NCBI GenBank assembly: GCA_029941485.1
Contig: JAPYOZ010000001.1
Span: forward strand, 1-62,662
DNA: 62,662 bases
Direction: 5' to 3'
Source: Gammaproteobacteria bacterium
Lineage (GTDB): Bacteria; Pseudomonadota; Gammaproteobacteria; PS1; Pseudothioglobaceae
Below the pieces are notes generated by a model. It did not search any database and was not told the origin of the DNA. It saw only the letters and a program-made list of their open reading frames with translations. The first letter of the stretch is position 1, and each line of letters begins with the position of its first letter. Both the position numbers and the translations under genes were made by a program. Below are positions 1-11,900 of this stretch, piece after piece.

Positions 1-20
1 AAATAACAAAGTTACTTAAT

Positions 21-49
21 AAAAAAACCCACCGAAAGGTGGGTTTTTT
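21..49. terminator. bidirectional intrinsic terminator hairpin
   Basis: A7-CCCACC-GAAA-GGTGGG-T6, immediately past the stop of the minus-strand ORF ending at 55. Confidence 0.75.
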
Positions 50-54
50 AGTTT

Positions 55-813
55 TTATTTAACTATATAAGCCCATATTCTGCCTAAGAACTCATGGATT
101 ATATTTTTTGATTTTTTAATAGATCCTGTACTTGGGGCTGACAACCATTCTACCTTTGTACTTTTTTTAAATTCTGTCGGAGCGGCAATTGGGTTCATAC
201 CCATATTTGTAAATAATTCTATTGCTCTAGTCATATGCGATACTGAAGTTACCAGTATAAATGGTTTATCTCCAATAATTGACTTGGCAAATGTAGCTTC
301 TTCCTGGGTGTCTTTTGGGTTGCCATTAATAATCAAGTTATTATCAGAGATATTTGCAATTCTGGCAATTTTTGCATTTATCTCGGCATTAGATATTTGA
401 TTTCCAAACCCTGGGAATCCAGTAAAAATTAATTTTAAATTAGGTTTGTTTATTTTCTTAAAAATACTAATACCTTCCATAGTTCTTTTTAAGCTAGTAC
501 TGCTAATTTGACTGGATAATGGCCAAGCCGGATTGTCATAATGACCAGAACCTAATACATGGATATATTCAATATTATTGTAACTATAGTCATATTTTGA
601 GTACTTACCCTCTAATGATTGTATCAAGCTGTTAGGGACGGGTGGATAGCTAAAAAACAGTAATAAAAATAAAGAGAGGCTTAGAAAGAACTTAGCTTTT
701 ACATGGCTAGATTTATATAAAAAATACAAACCTATAACAAATAAAAGCAGGATTAATCCTAGTGGCTCAACAAAGAAAGTGATGACTTTTTTTGTTGAGA
801 ACAAGATATCCAT
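55..813 (-). CDS. DUF218 (YdcF/ElyC-like) membrane-anchored protein
   Basis: N-terminal TM helices followed by a DUF218-like core, including the 'ILVTSVSHMTRA' motif. Confidence 0.7.
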   Translation of the reverse strand: MDILFSTKKVITFFVEPLGLILLLFVIGLYFLYKSSHVKAKFFLSLSLFLLLFFSYPPVPNSLIQSLEGKYSKYDYSYNNIEYIHVLGSGHYDNPAWPLSSQISSTSLKRTMEGISIFKKINKPNLKLIFTGFPGFGNQISNAEINAKIARIANISDNNLIINGNPKDTQEEATFAKSIIGDKPFILVTSVSHMTRAIELFTNMGMNPIAAPTEFKKSTKVEWLSAPSTGSIKKSKNIIHEFLGRIWAYIVK

Positions 814-822
814 TGGGATTTA

Positions 823-1638
823 TTAAATACCTCTTAATAATTCATTGATACTAGTTTTAGAGCGAGTTTTAGCATCTACTTGCTTGACGATCACCGCACA
901 GTAAAGTGAGTAGCTTCCGTCTTTAGAAGGCAGATTGCCAGAAACCACAACAGAGCCTGCAGGGATACGACCATAAGAAATTTCACCTGTTTCACGGTTA
1001 AAGATCTTAGTAGACTGCCCAATGTAAACACCCATTGAAATAACAGAGCCTTCTTCAACAATCACACCTTCGACCACTTCTGATCGAGCGCCAATAAAAC
1101 AATTGTCTTCAATAATGGTAGGGCTAGCTTGGAGTGGCTCTAATACGCCGCCAATGCCAACACCGCCAGAAAGGTGGACGTTTTTACCAATCTGTGCGCA
1201 CGAACCAACGGTTGCCCAAGTGTCTACCATGGTACCTGAATCAACATAGGCGCCAATGTTGACATAAGAAGGCATTAGTACTGTGTCTTGCGCGATGAAA
1301 GAACCACGACGTGCACTAGCAGGTGGCACCACACGCACACCCGTTGCCTTGAATTCTTCTGGTGTAAGGTCTGCAAATTTTGAAGGTACTTTGTCAAAGT
1401 ATTGGGTAAAGCCACCATCCATTGGTACGTTGTCTTCCAATCTAAAAGATAACAGCACTGCTTTTTTGAGCCATTCGTTTACCGTCCAATCGCCAATCGC
1501 TTGTTGCTCAGCAACACGAGCTTGGCCAGAATCTAATAAATGGATTGCCTCAGCGACGGCTTCTTTAATCTCGCTACTGGCTGTTTGTGGGTTGAGGTTA
1601 GCTCTGTCTTCAAAAGCTGCTTCAATAATATCTTGCAT
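823..1638 (-). CDS. dapD: 2,3,4,5-tetrahydropyridine-2,6-dicarboxylate N-succinyltransferase
   Basis: Full-length match to the DapD pattern, with a hexapeptide-repeat C-terminal half ([18 protein letters not shown]...). Confidence 0.93.
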   Translation of the reverse strand: MQDIIEAAFEDRANLNPQTASSEIKEAVAEAIHLLDSGQARVAEQQAIGDWTVNEWLKKAVLLSFRLEDNVPMDGGFTQYFDKVPSKFADLTPEEFKATGVRVVPPASARRGSFIAQDTVLMPSYVNIGAYVDSGTMVDTWATVGSCAQIGKNVHLSGGVGIGGVLEPLQASPTIIEDNCFIGARSEVVEGVIVEEGSVISMGVYIGQSTKIFNRETGEISYGRIPAGSVVVSGNLPSKDGSYSLYCAVIVKQVDAKTRSKTSINELLRGI

Positions 1639-1705
1639 TTTTAATATAGTTGTAAAAAATGCACATTATATCAGAGACATATTTTTATGCCCAATGCTTA
1701 GTGCA

Positions 1706-1734
1706 ATATCAATACATATCAATACATCAATAAC
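1706..1734. repeat. tandem 10-bp repeat ATATCAATAC x2 plus a degenerate third unit, in the dapD/ccoG divergent intergenic region
   Basis: Direct reading: ATATCAATAC ATATCAATAC ATCAATAAC. Confidence 0.8.
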
Positions 1735-1784
1735 CTTATTAATGATATGATATTGCAAATTCATTAAATACCATGAGATAGTAC

Positions 1785-3182
1785 ATGAGTCAAGATAGTA
1801 TTCAGGTTGATAACTTATACGAAGAAGGTGAGCAGTGGGTACAGAACTTAGGTGAAAAAACCGTTCATGCTAAGCGCATGAAAGGAAAATTTAGACTGAT
1901 TAAATGGTTGGGTACTTTGGTTTGGTTGCCTTTTTTCATTGGCCCTTATGTGTCTTGGAATGGACGACAAGCGATTTTATTTGATATTGAGAAAAGACAA
2001 TATCATTTGTTTGATATAACCATTTTCCCACAAGATTTGTGGATGTTGACCATGGTGTTATTATTTTTGGCTATTCTACTAGCTGCAATGACGACTGTGC
2101 TAGGCCGCGTATTTTGTGGTTACTTTTGTTTTCAAACGGTTTGGACCGATATGTTTACTAAGGTTGAGGAGTATTTTGAAGGGGCACCGACTAAACGTCG
2201 AAAGCTTGAAGTGGCGCCGTGGGATTTGACCAAAATTCGGATTAAAATTAGTAAACATGTGGTTTGGCTAGCCATTGCTTTTTTATCTGGCGTTACTTGG
2301 ATGTTGTATTTTGGCGTGTCATGGTTTGATTATTTTGATGGCAGCGCTTCTGGTACCACGCTCACTATCACTGCTGTTATTTCATTAGGCGCCTATACAT
2401 TTGCAGGACATATGCGTGAACAAACGTGTTTATGGGTTTGTCCTTATGCGCGTATTCAAGGGGCGATGGTCGATAAGCAAACCATTATGCCAACTTACGA
2501 TTATTATCGTGGCGAGGATCGTGCAAAACTCAAGAAAGGTCAGTACGTTGAAGGCCAAGGCGACTGTATTGATTGCCACCAGTGTGTTGCCGTATGCCCA
2601 ACAGGTGTTGATATACGTAGGGGGCAAGAATACGGCTGTATTACTTGTGGATTATGCATTGATGCTTGTGATTCAGTGATGGATAAGGTAGGCAAACCTA
2701 AAGGTTTAATCAGGTACGCTTCTTTGGACGAGCTTGAATTCAGTAAAAATTTTGTTGCATTGTATAAACGACCTAGGGTGATTGTATATTCAGCAATTTT
2801 ATTAATGGCATTATCGACTTTGTCTTACGGATTGTTTAATATTGCACCAATGGACCTTAAGGTTTTGCATGACAGACAACCGTTGTTTGTCCAACTTTCT
2901 GATGGTTCAATTCGTAATAAGTACGAGCTTAAGATCATGAATAAAACCGATCAACCAATGCTGGTTGATGTGAATTTTAAGAGCGCTATTGGTAATTTAA
3001 AATCTAAAAAAGAAATTAAAAGTGTTACCATACCGTCGGGTAATGTTAAATCTATTTATGTTTATTTAACAGCATTTGAATCTGACGTTGCCGATGATAA
3101 TGACGTAGTTTTTACAGTAAGTAGTGATGATGTTACGCTGAAGTACCAATCATCATTCTTTACGCCCAAGAGTATGCGATGA
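1785..3182 (+). CDS. ccoG: cytochrome c oxidase accessory protein CcoG/FixG (4Fe-4S ferredoxin-type membrane protein)
   Basis: TM helices plus two ferredoxin-type cysteine clusters (CIDCHQCVAVCP, CITCGLCIDAC). Confidence 0.88.
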   Translation: MSQDSIQVDNLYEEGEQWVQNLGEKTVHAKRMKGKFRLIKWLGTLVWLPFFIGPYVSWNGRQAILFDIEKRQYHLFDITIFPQDLWMLTMVLLFLAILLAAMTTVLGRVFCGYFCFQTVWTDMFTKVEEYFEGAPTKRRKLEVAPWDLTKIRIKISKHVVWLAIAFLSGVTWMLYFGVSWFDYFDGSASGTTLTITAVISLGAYTFAGHMREQTCLWVCPYARIQGAMVDKQTIMPTYDYYRGEDRAKLKKGQYVEGQGDCIDCHQCVAVCPTGVDIRRGQEYGCITCGLCIDACDSVMDKVGKPKGLIRYASLDELEFSKNFVALYKRPRVIVYSAILLMALSTLSYGLFNIAPMDLKVLHDRQPLFVQLSDGSIRNKYELKIMNKTDQPMLVDVNFKSAIGNLKSKKEIKSVTIPSGNVKSIYVYLTAFESDVADDNDVVFTVSSDDVTLKYQSSFFTPKSMR

Positions 3183-3652
3183 GGTTTTATAAAAGTCCGA
3201 TGATGGTTGCAATGCTGTCATTATTTTTAATTTTAGTGGGCGCGACTGGTTATCGAATTATTACTGCATTGGAAACACATCCGGGTTTAGTAGTGGAGGA
3301 TGCTTATTTGAGTGGCGAGTCGTATGCCAATACGTTGGATTATAAAAATCAGTTAAAAACACAAGGTTGGACATTAGAACTAACGACTCCAGAATTACCC
3401 ATTCATGGTACTTTGCAAATCTATCAGGCGAGTAGCGCACAATACGGAAAAGCTTTAACCGGTGCAAAAGTAATGGCGTATTTTTATCGACCGTTAGAGC
3501 CAAAATATGATTTTTCTTCACTCATGAAATTTGATAATGATACTTACCAAGCGAAAATAAAACTACCTTTAAAGGGTCGTTGGGACTTTGTGGTAGAGGT
3601 GACTAAGGGTGAATTCTTGCAAAGAGCATCAACTAAGATGTTTATTCAGTAG
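3179..3652 (+). CDS. FixH-family protein
   Basis: ATGA overlap with ccoG, a single N-terminal TM helix, and size and position typical of FixH/CcoH-like partners. Confidence 0.65.
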   Translation: MRFYKSPMMVAMLSLFLILVGATGYRIITALETHPGLVVEDAYLSGESYANTLDYKNQLKTQGWTLELTTPELPIHGTLQIYQASSAQYGKALTGAKVMAYFYRPLEPKYDFSSLMKFDNDTYQAKIKLPLKGRWDFVVEVTKGEFLQRASTKMFIQ

Positions 3653-3655
3653 GTT

Positions 3656-4381
3656 TTAATCCTCGTGACAATGGTTATGATGATGTTCATAAGTAGCCAT
3701 TAGATCGTCCATCTGATCGGCAAATAAATCATTAAATTGTGCATCCTTGAGAATGGATTCGGGCTGTCCGATGCAACAAATATGATGGTACAAACACAAT
3801 ACTTGGGTGGACTCTTTCATAACCCTGTGAAGATCGTGAGACACCATTAACACCGCACACCCTTGTTGTTGATGTATGTCTTGAATGAGTTGGTACAAAT
3901 GCATTTGTCCATTTACATCTAAATTTTGAGCGGGTTCATCCAGGATGAGTACATTAGGTTTTTTGAGTAGTGCACGCGTTAGTAGTACACGTTGCATTTC
4001 ACCTCCAGACAAACTTTTTAGGGGAGAGTTTAACAACCCTTCTGTGCCAGTTAAAGTGGAAGTTTCATGCACAAAATCTTGATTAACTTTTTGATTAAGA
4101 TTCAAAAAGTTAATCACTGAAATTGGAATAAAAGGATTGGGACTAAAAGCTTGAGGTGTATAACCCAGTCGAATATTTTTTGCTCGATTAATACTACCAG
4201 TATCAGGCTTAATCAACCCTAATAAAACTTTGATTAACGAGCTTTTCCCTGCGCCGTTTGGACCAATCAAAGTGATAAATTCACCTTTCTTTAGCTCGAA
4301 ACTTACTTTATCAAGTACACCTTTTCCATGATGGCTAAGGCTGATATTATTCGCGCTAATGAGTGTTTGTGTTGTTGACAC
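3656..4381 (-). CDS. znuC: zinc-import ABC transporter ATP-binding protein
   Basis: Walker A GPNGAGKS, signature LSGGEMQR, ZnuC-like 'HHICCIGQPE', His-rich C-terminus HHHNHCHED. Confidence 0.8.
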   Translation of the reverse strand: MSTTQTLISANNISLSHHGKGVLDKVSFELKKGEFITLIGPNGAGKSSLIKVLLGLIKPDTGSINRAKNIRLGYTPQAFSPNPFIPISVINFLNLNQKVNQDFVHETSTLTGTEGLLNSPLKSLSGGEMQRVLLTRALLKKPNVLILDEPAQNLDVNGQMHLYQLIQDIHQQQGCAVLMVSHDLHRVMKESTQVLCLYHHICCIGQPESILKDAQFNDLFADQMDDLMATYEHHHNHCHED

Positions 4382-4389
4382 TAAAAATG

Positions 4390-4420
4390 AGTAAGAAATA
4401 AAATCTATTTTATACTTACT
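4390..4420. promoter_or_regulatory. 31-nt imperfect AT-rich palindrome just upstream of the znuC start (candidate operator or 5'-UTR hairpin)
   Basis: AGTAAG-A-AATAAAAT-CT-ATTTTAT-A-CTTACT read directly. Confidence 0.4.
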
Positions 4421-4491
4421 AGATTAGTGTTGCCTATATTTTGCTTGTGGTAATGTCATGATAAGTGTTAAAAATTGGTAAAATCCAAACC

Positions 4492-7242
4492 ATGTCGCAT
4501 CAACTTATTTTAATGGATGGCTCAGCTTTTTTATTTCGAGCTTATTTTTCTACACTCGCCCAAAATTTAACTAACGCAGAGGGTTTTCCCACAGGCGCTA
4601 TGTTTGGTGTGATTAACGCCATTAAGCACCTTCAAAGAAAATATCCAGATGCCAAAATTATTACCATTTTTGACGCCAAGGGTAAGAATCATCGGCATGA
4701 TATTTACCCAGAATACAAGGCCCATCGTAAGCCAGCTGACGATGAGTTAGTCATGCAGATTGAGCCGTTGTATGAAATTATCCGCGCCATGGGTTTTCAT
4801 TTTATGTGCGTGCCTGGCGTTGAAGCGGATGACGTGATTGCCACGCTGAGTCGTTGTGCTGATGAAAATAAATTAAAAACCATTATTGCCAGTGGAGATA
4901 AAGACTTAATGCAGCTCGTAAGCGATAACATTACTCAGCTGAATATGAAGGGCGACCTGTATGATAAAACAGGTGTGGTAGAAAAAATGGGCGTACACCC
5001 TGACCAAATACTAGATTTATTAGCCTTGACCGGCGATAGTGCGGATAACATCCCCGGAGTGCCAAGCGTTGGCCCGAAAACGGCCATTAAATGGCTGAAT
5101 CAATTCGAAACAATTGCAGGTGTTAAGGAAAATGCCGAGAGCATAAAAGGCAAAGTTGGTGAAAAATTACGCAATAGTTTTGATTTGTTAGATTTGTCTT
5201 ATCGATTAGTTCAGCTTAAATTTGACGTTGATCTGCCTTGTGATATTTTGACGGACGAGCCAGGAGTGGACAATGAAAAACTGATTAGCCTATATCAGAA
5301 ATACGGATTTTCCATGTGGCTTAAGCAACTTAGTAACGTTGCTGATGTTGAGCTTGACAACAATGAACCTCCAGAGATAGACTTGATTCAAGAAAAAAAC
5401 CGAGACAGAGAACAGAACAGTGGTGATTGGTTTTCTGAATACACTCAAACTTTGGTATTAGAACAGACTGGCTTTGAACAACTCGTTAGTCGACTAACGA
5501 AGGCTCAATCATTTGTATTTGACCTAGAAACAACCTCACTGGATTACATGAATGCAGCTATTGTTGGCTGGGTGTTTTTAGTTGGCAAAGAAAGTTTCTA
5601 TGTGCCGGTTGGGCACGATTATTTAGACGCACCTAAACAACTGAATTTTGACAAAACTTTATCAGTATTAAAGCCTATTTTGCAGGATTCATCCATTAAT
5701 AAAGTCGGCCAAAATCTTAAATACGATGCCCATGTTTTGGCTAATTATAATGTTGAACTTAATGGTGTTAGTGACGACACCATGGTGAAATCCTACGTTC
5801 TAAATTCAGTGGCTACTAGGCATAATATGGATGATTTGTCGATGCATTATCTTAATCATCAGACCATCCATTTTTCTGATGTAGCCGGCAAGGGTAAAAA
5901 ACAAATCACTTTTAATCAGGTAGGTTTAAAAGAGGCTTTTCCTTACGCTTGTGAAGATGTAATTGTTACTCATGAGCTTAATAAAGTATTCGAAGAAGAT
6001 ATCGCTCAGTATCCAAAATTAGTTAAGTTGTATCAGACTCTAGAAATACCCCTGATTAAAGTACTGCTTAAGATGGAGCGCAATGGTGTTCAGATTGATG
6101 TAAGTTCGCTGAATGCTCAGCAGATAGATATCATTAAGCAAATGAATGAAATTCAAACTCAAGCTTTTGAGATAGCAGGGGATGCATTCAACCTCGAATC
6201 ACCTAAGCAAATTCAAAAAATATTATTTGAGCCAGAGGGGTTAGGGCTTGAGGCAAAAAAGAAAACACCAAAAGGCGCCCCATCGACCAATGAAGAGGCG
6301 TTGAAACTTTTAGACCATCCTTTGGTTGATTTGATTCTTAGTTATCGAACCTTGACTAAGCTTAATTCAACTTACCTTGAAGCGTTGCCAAAACAGATTG
6401 ATTTACGTACTGGACGCCTACACACTTCTTATCATCAGGCAGTAACAGCAACGGGACGGCTGTCGTCATCAAATCCAAATTTGCAGAATATACCCATTCG
6501 CACAAATCTTGGTGCGCGTATTAGAGGCGCTTTTATTGCCAGCAAAGGTAACGTTATTATTGCTGCAGATTATTCACAGATTGAACTGCGAATCATGGCG
6601 CACATTTCCCAAGATAATAGCCTTATTGAGGCGTTTAATAATGATGTTGATGTGCATAGCGCTACTGCATCAATGATGTTTAATGTGCCCATTGATGAGA
6701 TAACTAAGGACCATCGTCGCAATGCTAAGGCTATTAATTTTGGCTTGATTTATGGTATGAGTGCTTTTGGTCTTGCTAAACAAATTAACGTTTCTAGAAC
6801 GGAAGCAAAACAATACATTGATGCTTATTTTGAAAACTACCCAGGCGTACTCAATTACATGGATAGCATTAAGGAAACGGCTAAAACACAGGGTTATGTT
6901 GAAACGGTGATGGGTAGACGCTTATACTTGCCACAAATTAATGCAAAAAATAAGATGTTACAACAGCATGCTTTACGTACAGCAATCAATGCACCAATGC
7001 AAGGCTCGTCCGCTGACATCATTAAAAAAGCCATGCTCGATGTTGATGCGTGGATTGGTATTGACAACAATGACATTAAAATGACTATGCAAGTGCACGA
7101 TGAATTAGTTTTTGAAGTGAAAGCTGAAAAGGCGGACGAGTTTGCTAATAAAATACAAACATTGATGAGCGACGCCTTTTTGTTAGACATTCCACTAGTG
7201 GTTGATGTTGGTATCGGTGATTCTTGGCAGCAAGCGCATTAG
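4492..7242 (+). CDS. polA: DNA polymerase I
   Basis: 5'-nuclease, 3'-5' exonuclease and polymerase domains are all recognisable. I chose the ATG at 4492 (MSHQLILMDGSAF...) over the GTG at 4465 by comparison with E. coli PolA. Confidence 0.95.
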   Translation: MSHQLILMDGSAFLFRAYFSTLAQNLTNAEGFPTGAMFGVINAIKHLQRKYPDAKIITIFDAKGKNHRHDIYPEYKAHRKPADDELVMQIEPLYEIIRAMGFHFMCVPGVEADDVIATLSRCADENKLKTIIASGDKDLMQLVSDNITQLNMKGDLYDKTGVVEKMGVHPDQILDLLALTGDSADNIPGVPSVGPKTAIKWLNQFETIAGVKENAESIKGKVGEKLRNSFDLLDLSYRLVQLKFDVDLPCDILTDEPGVDNEKLISLYQKYGFSMWLKQLSNVADVELDNNEPPEIDLIQEKNRDREQNSGDWFSEYTQTLVLEQTGFEQLVSRLTKAQSFVFDLETTSLDYMNAAIVGWVFLVGKESFYVPVGHDYLDAPKQLNFDKTLSVLKPILQDSSINKVGQNLKYDAHVLANYNVELNGVSDDTMVKSYVLNSVATRHNMDDLSMHYLNHQTIHFSDVAGKGKKQITFNQVGLKEAFPYACEDVIVTHELNKVFEEDIAQYPKLVKLYQTLEIPLIKVLLKMERNGVQIDVSSLNAQQIDIIKQMNEIQTQAFEIAGDAFNLESPKQIQKILFEPEGLGLEAKKKTPKGAPSTNEEALKLLDHPLVDLILSYRTLTKLNSTYLEALPKQIDLRTGRLHTSYHQAVTATGRLSSSNPNLQNIPIRTNLGARIRGAFIASKGNVIIAADYSQIELRIMAHISQDNSLIEAFNNDVDVHSATASMMFNVPIDEITKDHRRNAKAINFGLIYGMSAFGLAKQINVSRTEAKQYIDAYFENYPGVLNYMDSIKETAKTQGYVETVMGRRLYLPQINAKNKMLQQHALRTAINAPMQGSSADIIKKAMLDVDAWIGIDNNDIKMTMQVHDELVFEVKAEKADEFANKIQTLMSDAFLLDIPLVVDVGIGDSWQQAH

Positions 7243-7268
7243 TCTTTTGAATTAAAACAGATTTAGAC

Positions 7269-8999
7269 ATGAAAGAACAATTACAAACACTATTAAAGCA
7301 AAGTTTGGAGGCATTAGTCAGTGAGAATATTCTTAGTGAAGTACCAAAGAGTATTCGCCTTGATCATTCTAAAGATAAAACTCACGGTGACTTTGCTTCT
7401 AACATTGCATTGGTTCTGTCCAAACAAGCCAAATGTTCACCGCAAAAATTAGCCCAGCAAATCATCGATCATTTGCCTAATTCTGGTGAGATTGTAAAAA
7501 CTGAAATTGCTGGGCCCGGGTTTATTAACTTTTTCATGTCTCAAGATTCAAACACAGCAGTCCTTGATCAAATTCTTGAACAAGCTGTTGATTATGGGTG
7601 CTCAGACATTGGCAAGGGGCAAAGTGTTTTGTTGGAATTTGTTTCTGCTAATCCTACTGGGCCACTGCACGTAGGCCATGGCCGTGGTGCTGCGTATGGT
7701 GCAACGGTAGCTAATTTATTGCGTGCTGTTGGTTTTAAAGTTGATAGCGAATATTACGTCAATGATGCGGGTCGTCAGATGGATATTCTGGCAACTTCGG
7801 TTTATTTACGTTATGTTGAAACCGATAAGTTTCCCGATAATGGCTATAAGGGAGACTACATTTTTGACATTGCTAAACAAATTGATAATGCTAAAAAGTT
7901 AGACATATTTACAGATGTTTGTGCCGATGCACCCGAAGGTCAGTCTCAAAAAGACGGTGGCGATAAAGAAAAGCACATTGATGGTTTGATTGCCAATTGC
8001 AAAAGGTTATTGGGTGACGATTATAAAGTTATATTTGATTTGGCTATTGATCAAATTTTGGCAGGTATTAAAACTGACTTGGCAGAATTTGGCGTTGAGT
8101 ACCAGCAGTGGTTTTCTGAGCAATCATTAGTCGATAGCGGGTTATCAAAAACCACGGTTGAAGCATTGCAAGCTTCTGGTCACATTTATGAAAAAGACGG
8201 TGCGCTTTGGTTTAAAACCACAGATTTTGGCGATGAAAAAGACCGTGTAGTAGTAAGAGATAATGGCATTCATACTTATTTTGCATCGGACATCGCTTAT
8301 CATCTTGAAAAGTTTGAGCGCGGTTATGACAAGATGATTAATATTTGGGGTGCAGACCATCACGGTTATATTGCCAGAGTAAAAGCCTCTGTTGAGGCGT
8401 TAGGACACAATTCTGATAAATTAGAAATATTATTGGTGCAATTTGCTAATTTATATCGTGGTGGAAAAAAAGTACAAATGTCCACACGCAGCGGCTCATT
8501 CGTTACCCTAGAAGAATTACGCAATGAAGTGGGTAATGATGCAGCGCGTTTTTTCTACGTTTTGCGTAAATCAGAGCAGCACATGGATTTTGATTTAGAC
8601 CTAGCCAAGTCCAAAACCAATGAAAACCCAGTGTTTTATATTCAATACGCACACGCACGTATTTGCTCCGTACTTAAACAAGCCGATGAAAAATTTTCAA
8701 GTGTTTCCATTGAACCAATCTTATCATTGTTAGACAATGAGGCGGAGTTGGCCTTGGTTAAAGAACTTAATCGTTACAAAGATACATTGCAAACTTCAGC
8801 GCTTAATTATGAGCCACATGTATTGGCCTATTATTTACGTGATTTAGCAGGCAGTTTCCACAGTTATTACAACAGTTGTGAATTTTTAGTTGACGATGTG
8901 CAACTTAGATCGTCCAGATTGCTCTTGATAAAATCGGTTAAGCAATTGTTATCAAATGGTTTAAATTTATTAGGCGTGAGTGCGCCTGATTCAATGTGA
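7269..8999 (+). CDS. argS: arginine--tRNA ligase
   Basis: Class I HIGH motif ([13 protein letters not shown]), MSTRSG (KMSK-like) motif, full length. Confidence 0.95.
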   Translation: MKEQLQTLLKQSLEALVSENILSEVPKSIRLDHSKDKTHGDFASNIALVLSKQAKCSPQKLAQQIIDHLPNSGEIVKTEIAGPGFINFFMSQDSNTAVLDQILEQAVDYGCSDIGKGQSVLLEFVSANPTGPLHVGHGRGAAYGATVANLLRAVGFKVDSEYYVNDAGRQMDILATSVYLRYVETDKFPDNGYKGDYIFDIAKQIDNAKKLDIFTDVCADAPEGQSQKDGGDKEKHIDGLIANCKRLLGDDYKVIFDLAIDQILAGIKTDLAEFGVEYQQWFSEQSLVDSGLSKTTVEALQASGHIYEKDGALWFKTTDFGDEKDRVVVRDNGIHTYFASDIAYHLEKFERGYDKMINIWGADHHGYIARVKASVEALGHNSDKLEILLVQFANLYRGGKKVQMSTRSGSFVTLEELRNEVGNDAARFFYVLRKSEQHMDFDLDLAKSKTNENPVFYIQYAHARICSVLKQADEKFSSVSIEPILSLLDNEAELALVKELNRYKDTLQTSALNYEPHVLAYYLRDLAGSFHSYYNSCEFLVDDVQLRSSRLLLIKSVKQLLSNGLNLLGVSAPDSM

Positions 9000-11900
9000 G
9001 TGACCAAGCACAAAGAGACAAAGCCTTAGACGTTACACAGTCTTTTATTGTTCAAGCGCCCGCCGGTTCAGGCAAAACTGAGTTGTTAACTCAACGTTAT
9101 TTAAAACTGTTGTCAGTTTGCGATGAACCAGAAAACGTTATGGCTATGACGTTTACCAATAAGGCGGTTGATGAGCTAATTGATCGTGTTCTATCATCAC
9201 TTAAATCAACTGAAAACCCAAGACCAGAACAAACACATAAGCAAATCACTTACGGTTTAGCGTTAAAAGTAATTGAGCGTTCAAAGAAGAATAATTGGCA
9301 ACTCCTGGAAACCCCACAACGTCTTAAAATATTTACCATTGATGGCTTGTCCAGCCTGATTTCTGGACGTTACCCAACTCGTTCACAATTAGTTACACCA
9401 CGTATTATGACCCAGGATTGGGAGAGGAAAAAAGCTTATCATTCTGCGGCTGAGCAAACACTATTAATGATTGGCGATGAAGAACACAACCAAGCCATTT
9501 CGTCGTTATTATTGTATTTAGACAACAACATTGAAAAATTTTATCGGCTAACAACCAGTATGTTGGCCAAACGTGACCAATGGCTTACGCGACTGTATCG
9601 AGGCGATGCACTTGATCCATCCATACTTAGAGACAGTGCTTCGAAAATTATAATTCAGCATTTAAGTTGTTTAGAGAAAGAGGCCAAGCAGCATATTAAC
9701 CAAGATTTTTTTGATTTGATTGCTGTTAATACGAAAGATGAATATGCGCAAATTCAGTCACTACCAGCAAGTAGTGTTGAAGATTTGTCGGTGTGGAAAA
9801 TGCTCAGTTCGTTGTGTTTAAAAAAAGACGGGTTGTGGCGTAAAAGTCTTAATAAAAACAACGGCTTTCCCCCTGAAATTAAAACGCAAAAACAAGAATT
9901 TGAAAAAATATTACAAGAATTAAGTAAACATAAGTCTTTGACAGAGTTGTTAGGTGGAGTAAACCAGTTACCTGACATTGACTTTTCCAAATTGGAAATA
10001 CAAGCGTTGGAGGACATTGCACAAGTATTAAAACTTTGTGTTGCACAACTTAATTTGTTGTTTGACAGTGAACAAGCACATGATTTTATCGAAGTAGCAT
10101 TACGCGCTAACCACACGTTGGATGAGCATTCCAACGTTAGTGACATGGCTTTATTTTTGGATTATAAAGTTCAACATATTCTCATTGATGAGTTTCAAGA
10201 CACTTCTGCTTCACAATTTAATTTGGTTAAAAAACTCATCCATCATTGGCAAGTAGACGATGGTAGAACATTGTTTTTAGTGGGTGACCCTATGCAATCC
10301 ATCTATCGATTTAGAGAATCACAGGTAGGCTTGTTCTTGCAAGTAAAGGCGGTTGGTATTGCTAGTATTGCACCAAAATCACTAAAGCTAACTACAAATT
10401 TTCGCTCATCAAAAAGCATTGTTGAAAGAAACAATGTATTTTTTAAAAAAATATTTCCTAATGAGGAGGATATTTATCAAGGAGCTATTGGCTATTCATC
10501 ATCAATATCAAATTCAGATTTAACCAATGATCAAGCCATTGTTTTTCATCCATTTACTCATAGTCAATATCAGGCAGAAGCAGATTTAGTACTGGAGATC
10601 ATTAACGATTCTTTGAGTAAAAACCCAAAAGGAGAAATTGCCATATTGGTTAGAGGACGTTCACATCTGAGTGACATTGTTGATGTTTTAAAAGCACACA
10701 GCATTGATTTTGAATCAATCAAAACAACGGCATTAAAAGACCATATACTGACTAGAGGCTTATTATCACTCACAAAAGCATTATTACATTTAGGCGATAA
10801 ACTTGCATGGCTTAGTGTACTTAGAGCGCCTTGGTGCGGTTTGTTATTGGAAGATTTATTAGTATTTTCCAAGCTTGATGATTGTATTATTTATGAACAA
10901 TTGTCCAGTCAAAAAGTTTTAGATCAGCTTACTAAAGACGGGCAAAAAAGAGCAAAGCACATTGCCCAATCTTTAAAAGGTGCCATTGATAATCAAGTTC
11001 GTTTTAATTTTGTAGAAATTTTAACTCACGCCATTGATCAGCTAGGAATTTCTCAGTCGTTGTCCTTGCAAGAGGTAATGATTAAAGATCAATTTTTACA
11101 GATTATTTTTGATTGTGAATCACAACAATTGCTCAATATTGAAACCATTGAGGCAATATTAGAAGATTTATACGCACCGAGTAAAACGGCACAAGTAAAA
11201 CTGATGACTATTCATGAATCTAAAGGACTAGAGTTTGACACGGTGATTATTCCTGGTTTGGGCAGAAAACCCAGAAGTGATGATGCGCCCATCATACGCA
11301 TGAAAGAGTTTTCCAATCAATCGCTTTTGTTGGCGCCTATAAAATCATTCACCGCTAGTGATGATAGCAACACTTATAACTATTTAAAGTTTGTTGATTC
11401 TCAACAAAATAAATTTGAAACCATGCGCTTGTTGTACGTAGCAATGACACGTGCTAAAAATAATCTACATTTGCTAGGCGCATTAACTAAAGGCAATAAG
11501 GCAAATGCTAAGAGCTTGCTGGATATGCTGATGCAGTTCTATGAAGGTCATTTTGATGACGTTGATGCCGATAACGCACAAGATACGACTAAAAATATAG
11601 ATACCCCTAAATTAGAACGATTTGTTCATTTGAAAAGTGTTTTGCAAAATAAGGTTGATCAAGGTGAGAGTGTTGAATACAATAAAAATTTTGAGATTTT
11701 GTTTAAGAGTTTATTAGGCACACTGGTGCACCAATATTATGAACAAGAGGTGTTTAATCCCGATAGAAAAAGCATAGAAATAAAATTAATTGAGATTGGT
11801 GTATCACCCACTGATGTTGATCAATACGTTCGGCACGTATTGAAACTACTTAATAATACCAAGCAAGATTCACAATTTGAATGGTTGTTCAAACAACGTG

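Noticed and set aside
1283-1750. 155-aa plus-strand ORF
   Set aside because: It lies antisense to the well-supported dapD gene. Its composition is low-complexity and Ser/Ala-rich, typical of a shadow ORF.
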